A stretch of DNA of 46,116 nucleotides from Patescibacteria group bacterium (GCA_038064075.1 JBBTTU010000017.1:1-46116); one strand, 5' to 3'; shown: positions 29,951 to 39,673, numbered from the stretch's first letter. The notes: a model not told the origin generated them from the sequence alone. Numbers and translations: made by a program.

Positions 29951-31396
29951 TTAACGATGGGCTTCAAGCTGGCGGCCGATTTCAAAAAGAGTTGATTCTG
30001 AAAACCATTGCCCGATAAGCTGGACGCCTACCGGCAATTTCCGATTGTCGCGCTTGACATATCCGAAAGGCAGTGAAAGAGCCGGGACTCCGGCTAAATT
30101 GACCGGCACCAGAAAAATATCTTCAAGATACATCGCAAGCGGGTCATTAATTTTCTCTCCGATTTTAAAGGCCGGCTGGGGCGAAACCGGAGCAATCAAA
30201 GCGTCAACTTCTTTAAAAACATTTTCAAAATCTTTTTTAATCAGCATCCTGATTTTGCCGGCCCGGCCGTAATAAGCGTCGCGAAATCCTACTGACAAAA
30301 CATAAGTTCCTAAAATTATCCTTCGCTTGACTTCCCTGCCCAAACCCAACGCCCGGGTTTTAAAATAATCATCAATCAGATCTTTGCCAGATTTATACAG
30401 GCCGTAGCGCACTCCGTCGTAGCGCGCCAAGTTGGCCGAGACTTCGGCCGGCACGATTATATAATAAGCCGCGAGGGCATACGGCGCGCGGGGCAAATGA
30501 ACCTCTTTAATTTCATGGCCAAGACCTTTTAAGGTATCAATCGCGTCATCCGTTATTTTCCGGACATCTTCGTCAATGCCTTCGCCGAAAAATTCTTTTG
30601 GCACTCCTATTTTAAATTTTGAATCGTCAATTTTCTTGCCGCGCTTGTCGCTTTGTTCGTCATAATCAACCGATGACGCGTCTTTCGGGTCTTTGCCTTT
30701 AATGACGTTAAAAACGAGTTCGGCGTCGTCAACTGTTTTTGCGAGCGGCCCGATCTGATCCAAAGAAGAAGCCATGGCAATCAAGCCGCTTCGGGAAACC
30801 GCCCCGTATGAAGGCTTCAAACCGACCAATCCGCAAAATCCGGCTGGCTGGCGGATTGATCCGCCGGTATCGGAGCCGAGAGCGGCCAAAGCCATATTAG
30901 CCGCAACCGCGACGGCCGAACCGCCGGAAGAGCCTCCGGGTACACGCAAGACATCGTAAGGATTGCGCGAAATTCCAAAAGCCGAATTCTCGGTTGAAGA
31001 ACCCATGGCAAATTCGTCCATATTGGTCCGGCCAAGAAAAATGGCTCCGGCTTCTTTTAATTTTTCAATGACATAAGCATCGTAAGAGGCGGTGTAATTT
31101 TGGAGCATCCGCGATCCGGCCGAACAAATTTTATCTTTGATCAAAATATTGTCTTTAATCGCGAACGGTATTCCTTCAAGAGCTCTCGGCTCTGCTCCCT
31201 TTTTTAAATTTTCATCAATTTCCTCGGCGGCCTCAAAACTATCGCTGAAAATTTCAAGATAAGCGTTAAGTTCCGGATTTTTGTTTTTAATCTCGCTCTG
31301 ATAAGCGCTTAGCAGTTCCCGCGACGACAATTCGCCGCGGCTCATTAAATTTTTGGCTTCGGCAATGCCCAATCCGGCCAAATCAATTTTTGTCAT
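29951..31396 (-). CDS. gatA: Asp/Glu-tRNA amidotransferase subunit A
   Basis: IKDNI, NMDEFAMGSSTE, PGGSSGGSA, GSDTGGSIRQPA, ARYDGVRYG, EVKRRIILGT; start set at MTKIDL. Confidence 0.97.
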   Translation of the reverse strand: MTKIDLAGLGIAEAKNLMSRGELSSRELLSAYQSEIKNKNPELNAYLEIFSDSFEAAEEIDENLKKGAEPRALEGIPFAIKDNILIKDKICSAGSRMLQNYTASYDAYVIEKLKEAGAIFLGRTNMDEFAMGSSTENSAFGISRNPYDVLRVPGGSSGGSAVAVAANMALAALGSDTGGSIRQPAGFCGLVGLKPSYGAVSRSGLIAMASSLDQIGPLAKTVDDAELVFNVIKGKDPKDASSVDYDEQSDKRGKKIDDSKFKIGVPKEFFGEGIDEDVRKITDDAIDTLKGLGHEIKEVHLPRAPYALAAYYIIVPAEVSANLARYDGVRYGLYKSGKDLIDDYFKTRALGLGREVKRRIILGTYVLSVGFRDAYYGRAGKIRMLIKKDFENVFKEVDALIAPVSPQPAFKIGEKINDPLAMYLEDIFLVPVNLAGVPALSLPFGYVKRDNRKLPVGVQLIGQWFSESTLFEIGRQLEAHR

Positions 31397-31679
31397 TTTT
31401 AAAAACGCTCTTGACTTTGATAAATCCTTTTTGGGTTTCAGGCGCGGCTGAAAACAGCGGCTTTGGATCAAAAATCTCTTTGGGCCGGATATCCTGCCGA
31501 AAATCATTAAAATGGGAAAAAAGCTCGGACTGGCTTAATCCCGAGACATCAACTTCTTTTAATTTTTCAATATAGTCAAGCACGCTTTCCAAATCCGCGG
31601 CCAGTTTTTTTTCTTCTTCCGAACTCAATTCAACGCGGCTAAGCTCCGATATTTTTTTGATGTCTTTGGGACTGATCAT
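31383..31679 (-). CDS. gatC: Asp/Glu-tRNA amidotransferase subunit C
   Basis: LSRVELS.EE, VLDYIEKLKEVD, RQD, AP....FIKVKSV; upstream of gatA. Confidence 0.92.
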   Translation of the reverse strand: MISPKDIKKISELSRVELSSEEEKKLAADLESVLDYIEKLKEVDVSGLSQSELFSHFNDFRQDIRPKEIFDPKPLFSAAPETQKGFIKVKSVFKNDKN

Positions 31680-33705
31680 TTTTAATTATTTTTAAAAATT
31701 CTTCTTCGTTTATTATTTTAATTCCCAATTTCCGTGCTTTTTGCAATTTGAAACCCGGCTCTTTGCCGGCTACCACAAAATCCGTGCTCTTAGAAACTGT
31801 TTCAGATGAATCCGCACCAAGCCGGCGAATCCGGGCTTTGGCTTCCGCACGGCTCATTGATTCCAGAGAGCCGGTCAAGACAAAAGTTTTGCCATATAAT
31901 TTGCCTGCTTTGATTCTCGGCGGATTTTTGATTTTAACATGTTCCATCAACCTTTTCAAAAAATTAAGATTGATCTGGTTATGGAACCAATCAAAAACGC
32001 TTTTGGAAACCGCTTCTCCGATATTGGGAACGGCCTCTAAAGAATCGCGACTGACTTTTTGAAAATTTTCAACGCTGCCGAAGTGATTTGCCAGATCAAT
32101 TGCCGTCTCTTCGCCGACATGAGTAATGGAAAGGCTGATAATAAAACGGGCGAGATCAATCTGCCGGCGGGCATTTACGGCTTTGATAATATTTGACGCT
32201 GATTTCTCGCCGAAACGCTCAAGACCCGCAAGATCCCCTTCTTCCAGTTCAAACAAATCAGCGGCGTCGCGGATTAAAGCGTTTGCCAAAAGAGCATCAA
32301 TTATTTTCGGGCCCAATCCCTCAATGTCAAAAGCCTGTTTTGAAACAAAATGATAAAGAATCTCTTTTTTTCTTGAAGGACATTTTGTATTGGAACAGCG
32401 ATGGATCGCGCCGTCTTTTATGACCGGCCGGCCGCAAGCCGGACAATTTTCCGGCATATGAAATTCTTTGACGCCTTGCTTTCTAAGTTCCTTAACCACG
32501 CTTCGGATATCAGGAATGACGTCGCCGGCCCGGCCGACCACAACCGTATCGCCGACTCTGGCGTCAAGACGTCTTATTTCATCTTCGTTGTGGAGTGTGG
32601 CCCGGCTGACCACTACCCCGCCAATTTGGACCGGTTTTAATTTAGCTACCGGAGTGAGTGAGCCGGTCCGGCCGACTTGCACTATAATATCTTCTATAAC
32701 GGTCGTTGCTTCCTGCGGCGCAAATTTAAAGGCAATTGAACCGCGGGGGGCTTTGCCAACCACTCCCAAACGCCCAAAAAGATCATTGTCATCAACGCTA
32801 ACCACAATGCCGTCAACATCATAATCGTAGCGCGGACGCTCGCTTGCGATTTTTTTCTGAAAAACAAAAAGTTCTTCAAGATTATCAATGATTTTTGCTT
32901 TTTTATCAGTTTTAAAGCCAATCGCCCTTAAAATTTCATGCTCTTCACTGTGCCTGGTCTGGCCGGCGCCAGCCAAAAGATCATAAGCGTAAAAATCAAG
33001 GCGCCGCAATCGGGTAACGGCTGGATTCAACTGGCGCACCGATCCGGCGGCGAGATTACGGGGATTGGCAAAAGCCGGCAAACCGGCTTTGAGCTGACCT
33101 AAATTAATTTTTTCAAAATCTTTTTTGGCAATAATAACTTCGCCTCGTGCTTCAATGACTCCGCCGGCAATGAGTTTTTCAATATTTCTTCTGAAATTTT
33201 CAGGAAGGTCATCATGTATTTCAAGTTTTAACGGAATTGACTCAATGGTTTTGGCATTGACGCTGACATCCTCGCCGATCCGGCCGTTGCCGCGGGTGGA
33301 AGCCCGATTCAAAACGCCGTTTTTGTAAACAAGGCTGAGCGCCAGCCCGTCAAACTTCAATTCGGCAAAAAGGCGCGGGTTTCCGGCTTTCGGTTCAATT
33401 TTAAGATTGCGCATCGCCCATTCCTCAACTTCTTCGGGTGAAAAAACATCTTCCAAAGAAAGCATCGGCAAAGCATGCCTGACTTTTTTGAATTTTTTAA
33501 GCGCCGCGCCGCCGACCCGCTGGGTCGGCGAATCGGGAGAAACCAAATCTGGGAACCCATCCTCCAGTTTTTTAAGCTCATGTTTTAACGAATCAAGCGC
33601 GGCATCGGAAATTTCCGGACGATCAAGGATATGATAAAGATAACGGTGGCGGTTAATCGCCTTTTTTAATTTTTCTATTCTTTTTTTAGCTTCAAACCTG
33701 TCCAT
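31639..33705 (-). CDS. ligA: NAD-dependent DNA ligase
   Basis: ELKFDG, TRGNG..GEDV, NPRNLAAGS, QVGRTG, RAGDVIP, C4 Zn finger, HhH, BRCT. Confidence 0.98.
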   Translation of the reverse strand: MDRFEAKKRIEKLKKAINRHRYLYHILDRPEISDAALDSLKHELKKLEDGFPDLVSPDSPTQRVGGAALKKFKKVRHALPMLSLEDVFSPEEVEEWAMRNLKIEPKAGNPRLFAELKFDGLALSLVYKNGVLNRASTRGNGRIGEDVSVNAKTIESIPLKLEIHDDLPENFRRNIEKLIAGGVIEARGEVIIAKKDFEKINLGQLKAGLPAFANPRNLAAGSVRQLNPAVTRLRRLDFYAYDLLAGAGQTRHSEEHEILRAIGFKTDKKAKIIDNLEELFVFQKKIASERPRYDYDVDGIVVSVDDNDLFGRLGVVGKAPRGSIAFKFAPQEATTVIEDIIVQVGRTGSLTPVAKLKPVQIGGVVVSRATLHNEDEIRRLDARVGDTVVVGRAGDVIPDIRSVVKELRKQGVKEFHMPENCPACGRPVIKDGAIHRCSNTKCPSRKKEILYHFVSKQAFDIEGLGPKIIDALLANALIRDAADLFELEEGDLAGLERFGEKSASNIIKAVNARRQIDLARFIISLSITHVGEETAIDLANHFGSVENFQKVSRDSLEAVPNIGEAVSKSVFDWFHNQINLNFLKRLMEHVKIKNPPRIKAGKLYGKTFVLTGSLESMSRAEAKARIRRLGADSSETVSKSTDFVVAGKEPGFKLQKARKLGIKIINEEEFLKIIKNDQSQRHQKNIGA

Positions 33706-33737
33706 GACTTTACTTGCGGCTCATTCTAATCCGGTTG

Positions 33738-34160
33738 TTAATACCTGACTTCAAGTCCTCTTTCCACTCTTTTTACTCCCGCACACGGACTTCGGCCGAT
33801 TGAAGTGACTATCGTTAAATTGGGATCGGTTTTATCAACATCAATCGTGGCGCAGGAACCATTGTCAAAATCCAAACTAAATGAGCTGACCAGTCCCCCG
33901 CCGACTGAACGGCTCTGGCCGGCGCAGGTGATGGTTGAAGGACTGGAAGTTGAAAATTTGATTTCCGAAATCCAATAAATATCCCAGTAAATCACGCATT
34001 CGGCCGCGGAATCGGCGGCGTAAAAAGCGATTTGCGAATCGCGGCCGATGCCGGAAAGCCTGATTCTTCCCAAAACCAATCCTGAAATGCCCAAAGAAAC
34101 CGAAAGAGCGGCGGCGATGAACAAAATGGAAAACAATAATGAAAAGCCTTTATTTTTCAT
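33738..34160 (-). CDS. PilX-like minor pilin
   Basis: MKNKG|FSLLF lacking Glu5, SQIAFYAADSAAEC. Confidence 0.8.
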   Translation of the reverse strand: MKNKGFSLLFSILFIAAALSVSLGISGLVLGRIRLSGIGRDSQIAFYAADSAAECVIYWDIYWISEIKFSTSSPSTITCAGQSRSVGGGLVSSFSLDFDNGSCATIDVDKTDPNLTIVTSIGRSPCAGVKRVERGLEVRY

Positions 34161-34774
34161 GGCGCTAATTTTCTTTGGGAAACCAAAGTTTGCAAACTAA
34201 GCTCTTTTTTGGTTCCTTTGGTCTGAACCGAAGCTTTAATGCTGATTAAAATTCTTGGCTGCAAACTGTCGCCGCTGGCCGCGCCTGATACAATAAACGC
34301 CAAATCTTCAATTAAAACATCGCCCGAAGTCAAAGGTTGGAAAGAAGCGCCGCCGTCAGTGGATTTTTGGATGCGACTGTCAATTTGGCGGTAAATGACG
34401 CTTTGAAGCTGGGTGGTCTGAAAAGTAAGCGAAGAATCTCCGGCCGGACAGTCAAGCGGTCCGACACCGGCCGAAAAACCGCAATGATAATCGCGGCCGG
34501 TCCGTATTTCTTTAGCCATCATCTCAAGCCCGAAACGCAGATTGTCCTGCAAATTCACTTCGTTCTGGACTTTTCTCTCGGCATTCTGCAAATTTAAAAA
34601 TGTTGAAGTGGACATAAAAATAGCAACGGAAAAAACGCCTAAAGCGACTATCAATTCAATCAATGTGAACCCCGTTAGTAAGTTAATTTGTTCAGCTTTA
34701 TTGTTGATATTTTTGTTTTTTGCCATATTTTGACGGCTTACTGACAGGGTGAACCCTCGTTTATCCATAATCAT
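34157..34774 (-). CDS. PilW/PulJ-like minor pilin whose leader is extended by an 80-bp element
   Basis: G|FTLIELIVALGVF, LEMMAKEIRTG, C-terminal LQTLVSQR. Confidence 0.88.
   Translation of the reverse strand: MIMDKRGFTLSVSRQNMAKNKNINNKAEQINLLTGFTLIELIVALGVFSVAIFMSTSTFLNLQNAERKVQNEVNLQDNLRFGLEMMAKEIRTGRDYHCGFSAGVGPLDCPAGDSSLTFQTTQLQSVIYRQIDSRIQKSTDGGASFQPLTSGDVLIEDLAFIVSGAASGDSLQPRILISIKASVQTKGTKKELSLQTLVSQRKLAP
34670..34749. mobile_element. 80-bp miniature inverted-repeat element, copy A, in frame in a prepilin leader
   Basis: CCCCGTTAGTAAG...CTTACTGACAGGG flanked by TGAA/TGAA. Confidence 0.85.
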
Positions 34775-34777
34775 AAT

Positions 34778-35323
34778 TTATTCAAAAGACAAATTTAAAA
34801 GATGTTCTTCTAAAGTAAAACTCTGGGTGCCGTTTCCCTGCGGCCAAGAAATGTTTACGTCAAGTTTTATTTCCCGCGACGGCTCAACCTCGGTTATCAA
34901 AACCTGCCGGGAAAAAATGGTTTCATTGCCTGACGAATAATTAAATAAATTATTTGAAGAATCAAACTTGATTTCGGGACAAGCCGCCGCGCAAGGAGTA
35001 ATAGCGGCGTTGACGGCGTCAACATAGCAGCCATTCACGGCTTGGCAATCGGCCAAACCGTCAAGCCAAGAATTTCCGGCTAAAACATTGGAATCCCTGA
35101 CGTTGCGGATATATTCCACGGCTTCGCTCGCCAAAAAAAAGGCCGTGACTTGATTGGAAATGCGCACGGCTGAACGCACTCCCATTGATGAAAGCGACAA
35201 AATGCCGGATAAAGCCATGGCTAAAAGGCCGATTGAAACGATGCTTTCAAGAAGCGAAAAACCTTGGTGGAAGGATTTATTGGTATTTAGCGTTGATTGT
35301 TTGGTAAAGTTCATTTTATTCAA
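34778..35323 (-). CDS. PilV-like minor pilin
   Basis: G|FSLLESIVSIGLL, AFFLASEAVEYIRNVRD, FSRQV. Confidence 0.85.
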   Translation of the reverse strand: MNKMNFTKQSTLNTNKSFHQGFSLLESIVSIGLLAMALSGILSLSSMGVRSAVRISNQVTAFFLASEAVEYIRNVRDSNVLAGNSWLDGLADCQAVNGCYVDAVNAAITPCAAACPEIKFDSSNNLFNYSSGNETIFSRQVLITEVEPSREIKLDVNISWPQGNGTQSFTLEEHLLNLSFE

Positions 35324-35939
35324 TTGAAAGCTGGCCGGTCTGCCAGATGACGATGCGGCGCTCAGCGCCTTCGGGCGACTTTATTATAATTTCGGCGTCG
35401 GTGAACTCTACTCCATCAGCGCTGATCACAATATCCGGATTGGGCCTGACAAAAACAACATCAAGCCGGGCGATGGAACAATCCCCCGGCGGAGCCGATT
35501 TGGCGCCGGCGCAAACTTGAATAATTGATGGAAGATTTTGAATAAAAAACGTATCTGCCAGTTCAGCCGGAGCGTCATATTCCCGGTCGCCGTTGACATC
35601 GGCAAAAAGAATATAGGATTTTGCCGGAAAATTTTCAAAGTGAAGGCCGTAAGCCGGAAAAATTCCGGACCCGAATTCCCGCACCGCCAGCGCGGCGCCT
35701 TCGGCTTCGCGAAAAGAAAAAGCTATGGCTTGGGCGGTTCGCGAAAGCTCAAGCCGGCGGAAAAAATCCGGAAAATCAGCCAAAATCAGAGCCGATATCA
35801 TAAGAATGATTCCGACCGATATCATCATCTCAAGCAAAGTAAATCCCGCTGGTAAGTTAATTTGTTCAGTTTTATTGTTGATATTTTTGTTTTTTGCCAT
35901 ATTTTGACGGCTTACTAACGGGATAAACCCCTTGTTCAT
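35316..35939 (-). CDS. FimT/FimU-like minor pilin whose leader is extended by an 80-bp element
   Basis: G|FTLLEMMISVGII, YGLHF, LFAD, C-terminal TGQLSIE. Confidence 0.85.
   Translation of the reverse strand: MNKGFIPLVSRQNMAKNKNINNKTEQINLPAGFTLLEMMISVGIILMISALILADFPDFFRRLELSRTAQAIAFSFREAEGAALAVREFGSGIFPAYGLHFENFPAKSYILFADVNGDREYDAPAELADTFFIQNLPSIIQVCAGAKSAPPGDCSIARLDVVFVRPNPDIVISADGVEFTDAEIIIKSPEGAERRIVIWQTGQLSIE
35844..35923. mobile_element. 80-bp miniature inverted-repeat element, copy B, in frame in a prepilin leader
   Basis: TCCCGCTGGTAAG...CTTACTAACGGGA flanked by TAAA/TAAA; 73/80 identical to copy A. Confidence 0.85.
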
Positions 35940-35960
35940 TTTTTAATTATAACAAACCTG

Positions 35961-35982
35961 GTTAGAAATAACGATTTCTAAC
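35961..35982. repeat. Short hairpin made of the family end motif, containing the pilD stop codon
   Basis: GTTAGAAAT-AACG-ATTTCTAAC, perfect 9-bp inverted repeat. Confidence 0.6.
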
Positions 35983-36736
35983 GGAGCAGGGAAAAATACC
36001 AGGAAATAATTTTATTTCCCCACAGAAAAGCGCTAAGGCTCCCTAAAAATAAAAATGGGGCAAACGGAATCTGGATCTTCAGATTCTTTAATTTTTTGAC
36101 AAATACCAATGCCAGGCCGAAAATCGCTCCGATCCAAAAAGAAAATAAAAGCGCGAGCCCTCCCTCGGGCCAGCTGAGCATTAAACCGATCGCCAAAGCC
36201 AGCTTGGCGTCGCCAAAACCCATCCAGCGGCCGCGGGATGCCAGCCACAACCCGGCGAAAAAAATAAATAATCCGGCGCCGGCGAGCAAATGAATTATGA
36301 ATAAATAACGGGGAATTAAAAATAAGGAAAGAATAAAAGCGGTGAAAATCGCAATGTAAACCAAGCTGTCAGGGATTATTTTATGGCGGATGTCATAAAC
36401 CGAAATCATAAGCAAAAGCCAAAAAAATAAAATTGCTGTTCCGGTCAGAATCGGATTCTGAAATCCCAGCCGGTAATACACCAGCAGAAATATGAAAGCG
36501 CTGGCAATCTCAAAAAACGGATACTGGCGGGATATTTTGCCCAAGCATGTCCGGCACCGGCCTTTTAAAAATAAAAATGAAACAACCGGAATCAGTTCAA
36601 GCCAGCCGAGTTTCCGGCCGCAAAAAAAACACCGCGAGCCTCTAAAAATTAGAGACTCGCCGGTGTTTAAATTGAATATGATTACGTTTCCGAAACTTCC
36701 GAAAATCAGCCCTAAAACGAAAATCAAAACTGCCAT
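35978..36736 (-). CDS. pilD: Prepilin peptidase/N-methyltransferase (A24)
   Basis: GSFGNV, SRC..C, ELIPVVS...GRC..C...IS.QYP, YDIRH, MGFGDAKL, IPFAPFL; start set at MAVLIF. Confidence 0.95.
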   Translation of the reverse strand: MAVLIFVLGLIFGSFGNVIIFNLNTGESLIFRGSRCFFCGRKLGWLELIPVVSFLFLKGRCRTCLGKISRQYPFFEIASAFIFLLVYYRLGFQNPILTGTAILFFWLLLMISVYDIRHKIIPDSLVYIAIFTAFILSLFLIPRYLFIIHLLAGAGLFIFFAGLWLASRGRWMGFGDAKLALAIGLMLSWPEGGLALLFSFWIGAIFGLALVFVKKLKNLKIQIPFAPFLFLGSLSAFLWGNKIISWYFSLLR

Positions 36737-36765
36737 AAACCAGGGACTAGTGACTGGCAACTAGT

Positions 36766-37269
36766 TTAAGGCGTCACGTCATAACAATATCGTCCGGTTT
36801 CGTCAGTGCAGCCGTCGGCATCCGGACCGTCTACAACATCGCCGTCAACATCCCTGTCGCCGTTGAGCGCCGGATTGGTGCTTTCTTCCAAATTGCCTCC
36901 TAAATGATAATAAAGGCAGGTTTCACTGGCCTCGGCGCAATCGTTTGAAGCGTCAATAGTCGTTGAAATATAAGAATTATAAGGATAAACGGCTTGAGCC
37001 ACCGGATCGGTCGGCACCGTCGGAATATAATCGGGATCAAGATTGCTGGTTACGTCCGGATATTCGCCTTTGGAATCAAAATATAGTTCAAGAGCCAGCT
37101 GAATTTGCTTGATGTCAGCCACTCGGCGGGCATCGCGCGATTTTCGGCGGGCGCTGTTTAAGGAAGCCAGAACCACCGAAGCCAAAACGCCGATAATTGC
37201 GATAACGACTAAAAGTTCAATGAGAGTAAAACCTCTTTTGGCGCCGGATCGCGATTTTAATTTAAACAT
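36766..37269 (-). CDS. Probable major type IV pilin (GspG-like)
   Basis: G|FTLIELLVVIAIIGVLASVVLASL, RDARRVADIKQIQLALELY; own intergenic promoter region. Confidence 0.9.
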   Translation of the reverse strand: MFKLKSRSGAKRGFTLIELLVVIAIIGVLASVVLASLNSARRKSRDARRVADIKQIQLALELYFDSKGEYPDVTSNLDPDYIPTVPTDPVAQAVYPYNSYISTTIDASNDCAEASETCLYYHLGGNLEESTNPALNGDRDVDGDVVDGPDADGCTDETGRYCYDVTP

Positions 37270-37371
37270 AAATAGTATTTGCTAATTATAAGACATCAAT
37301 AAGATATCAATAAAATTCGACCGCATATAACTTAAATTATAGAATAACCGGCTAAATTAACCAAAAAACAA

Positions 37372-37380
37372 TGTGTATAA
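37372..37380 (-). promoter_or_regulatory. DnaA-box consensus match upstream of the pilin promoter
   Basis: TTATACACA on the minus strand, 30 bp upstream of TATAAT (37336-37341). Confidence 0.45.
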
Positions 37381-37382
37381 CT

Positions 37383-38591
37383 TTAAATGCCGCTTGAAAT
37401 TGAGTAGATCGGCACAAAAATAGTCGCGACAATGATGCCTACACCCAAACCCAAAGCAACGATTAAAGCCGGCTCAATTAAGCTTACCATCCGGTCAAGA
37501 GTATTGTTGACTTCGCGGGTATAAAAACGGGCCAGCGTTGATAAAATTTGATTAAGCTTTCCGGTTTCCTCGCCGATCTTGATCATTTGAGTGACAAGCT
37601 GGGGAACATCTTCATAACGGCCGAACGCGTCGGATATGGACGATCCGGATCTGATGGCTTCGGCGGCTTCGCGGATAATTTCGGAGTAAATCGCATTGCC
37701 GACAACATCGGCCGAAATTTCAAGAGCTCTGATCGCGGCTACTCCGCCCGAAAGCATTGTCTGGAGATTATCGGCAAAACGGGCCAGGTAAATCTGACGG
37801 TAAAAATCTTTGACAACCGGAATGGAAAGCTGGATTCTGGCCAAACTTTTATTTCCAGCCGGCGTCCGGAAATAGCGCCACAGAAAAACCGCGCCAAGCG
37901 CGATTAAAACCAAAAAGAAAACGCCGAAACTTCTGATAATGTTGGAAATTCCGATTATGACGCGGGTATAAACCGGGACGCTCGCCTGCAGATCGGCGGT
38001 GATTGACGAGATGCGCGGCACGACCACAACCAGCATAACGACAACCACGATTAAAAAGGCGCCGAGAACAAAAGCCGGATAGATCATGGCATTTTTGGCT
38101 TTTGAAGACAAATCGTAGGAACGCTCCAAATGATCGGCTAAATAATCAAGCACGTTGTCCAGTTTTCCCGACTCTTCTCCGGACCGAACCATCTGGACGT
38201 AAAAATTTGAAAATATTTCGGGGTGCCGGCCAAAGGCCTGCGACATCGGGAGCCCCCCCTGAATGTCGTCGGCAACTTCAGTTAAATTTTTGCGAAAAAC
38301 TTCGCTTGGCGATTCGGCTATTAAAATGCGCAGGGCGTCCACCACCGAAACTTTGGACGCGAAAAGCGTGGCCAGCTGGCGCGAAAATATGACGACATCG
38401 CGGTCTTTGATCTTTTGAAAAACGGCTAAAAATTTTTGCCATAAAGACTGGCGCTCTTCGGCCGATTTAAGAGAAACAATGACAAAACCTCTTCGCTGCA
38501 AAGCGGCAACGGCTAAATCGTGGCTGGCGGCCTCAATTGTGCCGGATTTTTCCTCGCCTTCCTGGGTTTTGGCCTGATAATAAAAAATCAT
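37383..38591 (-). CDS. pilC: Type IV pilus platform protein (PilC/GspF)
   Basis: FSRQLATL, GEESGKL, AMIYP, IGEETGKL, LIEP. Confidence 0.95.
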   Translation of the reverse strand: MIFYYQAKTQEGEEKSGTIEAASHDLAVAALQRRGFVIVSLKSAEERQSLWQKFLAVFQKIKDRDVVIFSRQLATLFASKVSVVDALRILIAESPSEVFRKNLTEVADDIQGGLPMSQAFGRHPEIFSNFYVQMVRSGEESGKLDNVLDYLADHLERSYDLSSKAKNAMIYPAFVLGAFLIVVVVMLVVVVPRISSITADLQASVPVYTRVIIGISNIIRSFGVFFLVLIALGAVFLWRYFRTPAGNKSLARIQLSIPVVKDFYRQIYLARFADNLQTMLSGGVAAIRALEISADVVGNAIYSEIIREAAEAIRSGSSISDAFGRYEDVPQLVTQMIKIGEETGKLNQILSTLARFYTREVNNTLDRMVSLIEPALIVALGLGVGIIVATIFVPIYSISSGI

Positions 38592-38601
38592 CTTGTAAAA
38601 A

Positions 38602-39669
38602 TCATCCCATTAAATGTTCAAGACCCTTAACGTTGAGCGAATAGTCTTTGGCCGATTCCATCGTGATCTGGCCTTTGCGCACCAAATCAATGAGCGACTG
38701 GTTCAGGCTGGTCATCCCCTCCTCGGAACTGGTTTCAATGAACAGATCAATTTCATGAACCTTGTTTTCGCGGATTAAATTTCTGACGGCGGTATTGGCG
38801 ATTAAAAGTTCATGAGCCGGTATCCGGCCGCCCGAAATCCGAGGAACCAGACGCTGGGAAAAAACGCCCAAAAGAGCGCTGGCCAGCTGGGTGCGAATCT
38901 GATTTTGCTGGCCGGACGGAAAAGAATCTATAATCCGATCTATGGTCTGGGAAGCGCTGTTGGTATGGAGCGACGAAAAAACAAGGTGTCCGGTTTCGGC
39001 GGCGGTTACGGTCGTGGAAATTGTTTCCGGATCGCGCATTTCGCCGATCATGGCGACATTGACATCCTGACGGAACATTGAACGCAGAGCCGAAGCAAAA
39101 TTAAGAGTATCGCGCCCGATTTCTCTCTGCTCAATTAAGGATTTGTCGGGGATGAACAAATATTCAATCGGATCTTCAATGCTAATGATGTGTTCAAACC
39201 GCTCGCGGTTGATTATGTCAATCATTGAAGCCAAAGTGGTTGACTTGCCGTGCCCGGTCGGTCCTACCACCAGAAAAAAACCTTGTTCTTTGCGCGTAAA
39301 TTCGGCCAGAATCGGCGGCAGATTCAAATCGGCCAAAGTCGCAATCTCAACCGGAATAAGACGGAACGCGGCGGCGACATAGCCGTGCTGGAAATAAATA
39401 TTGACCCGGAATCTGGCCTTGTCTTGGTAAGTGTAAGAAAAATCCAGTGTTTTTTCTTTAAAAAATTCATTTTTTTGTTCTTCGGAAATAATTGAAAAAA
39501 TCATGCCTTCAATGTCAGCCGGCGTAAGCACCGGCATTTTGAGGAGCGCGATAAGTTCTCCTGAAATCCTTAAAATCGGACGACGGCCGGACGAAATATG
39601 AAGATCCGAAGCCTTCTCTTTGGCCACCAGCATAATCAGCTCTTCAAATTGTTTTTTATAATCATTCAT
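38602..39669 (-). CDS. pilT: Type IV pilus retraction ATPase
   Basis: ASDLH, GPTGHGKSTT, IEDPIE, IGEMRD, AAETGHLV.SSLHT; start set at MNDYKK. Confidence 0.95.
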   Translation of the reverse strand: MNDYKKQFEELIMLVAKEKASDLHISSGRRPILRISGELIALLKMPVLTPADIEGMIFSIISEEQKNEFFKEKTLDFSYTYQDKARFRVNIYFQHGYVAAAFRLIPVEIATLADLNLPPILAEFTRKEQGFFLVVGPTGHGKSTTLASMIDIINRERFEHIISIEDPIEYLFIPDKSLIEQREIGRDTLNFASALRSMFRQDVNVAMIGEMRDPETISTTVTAAETGHLVFSSLHTNSASQTIDRIIDSFPSGQQNQIRTQLASALLGVFSQRLVPRISGGRIPAHELLIANTAVRNLIRENKVHEIDLFIETSSEEGMTSLNQSLIDLVRKGQITMESAKDYSLNVKGLEHLMG

Positions 39670-39673
39670 TGAT

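Noticed and set aside
29739-30018. Short ORFs after tRNA-fMet
   Set aside because: They coincide with the structured repeat element and show no protein features.
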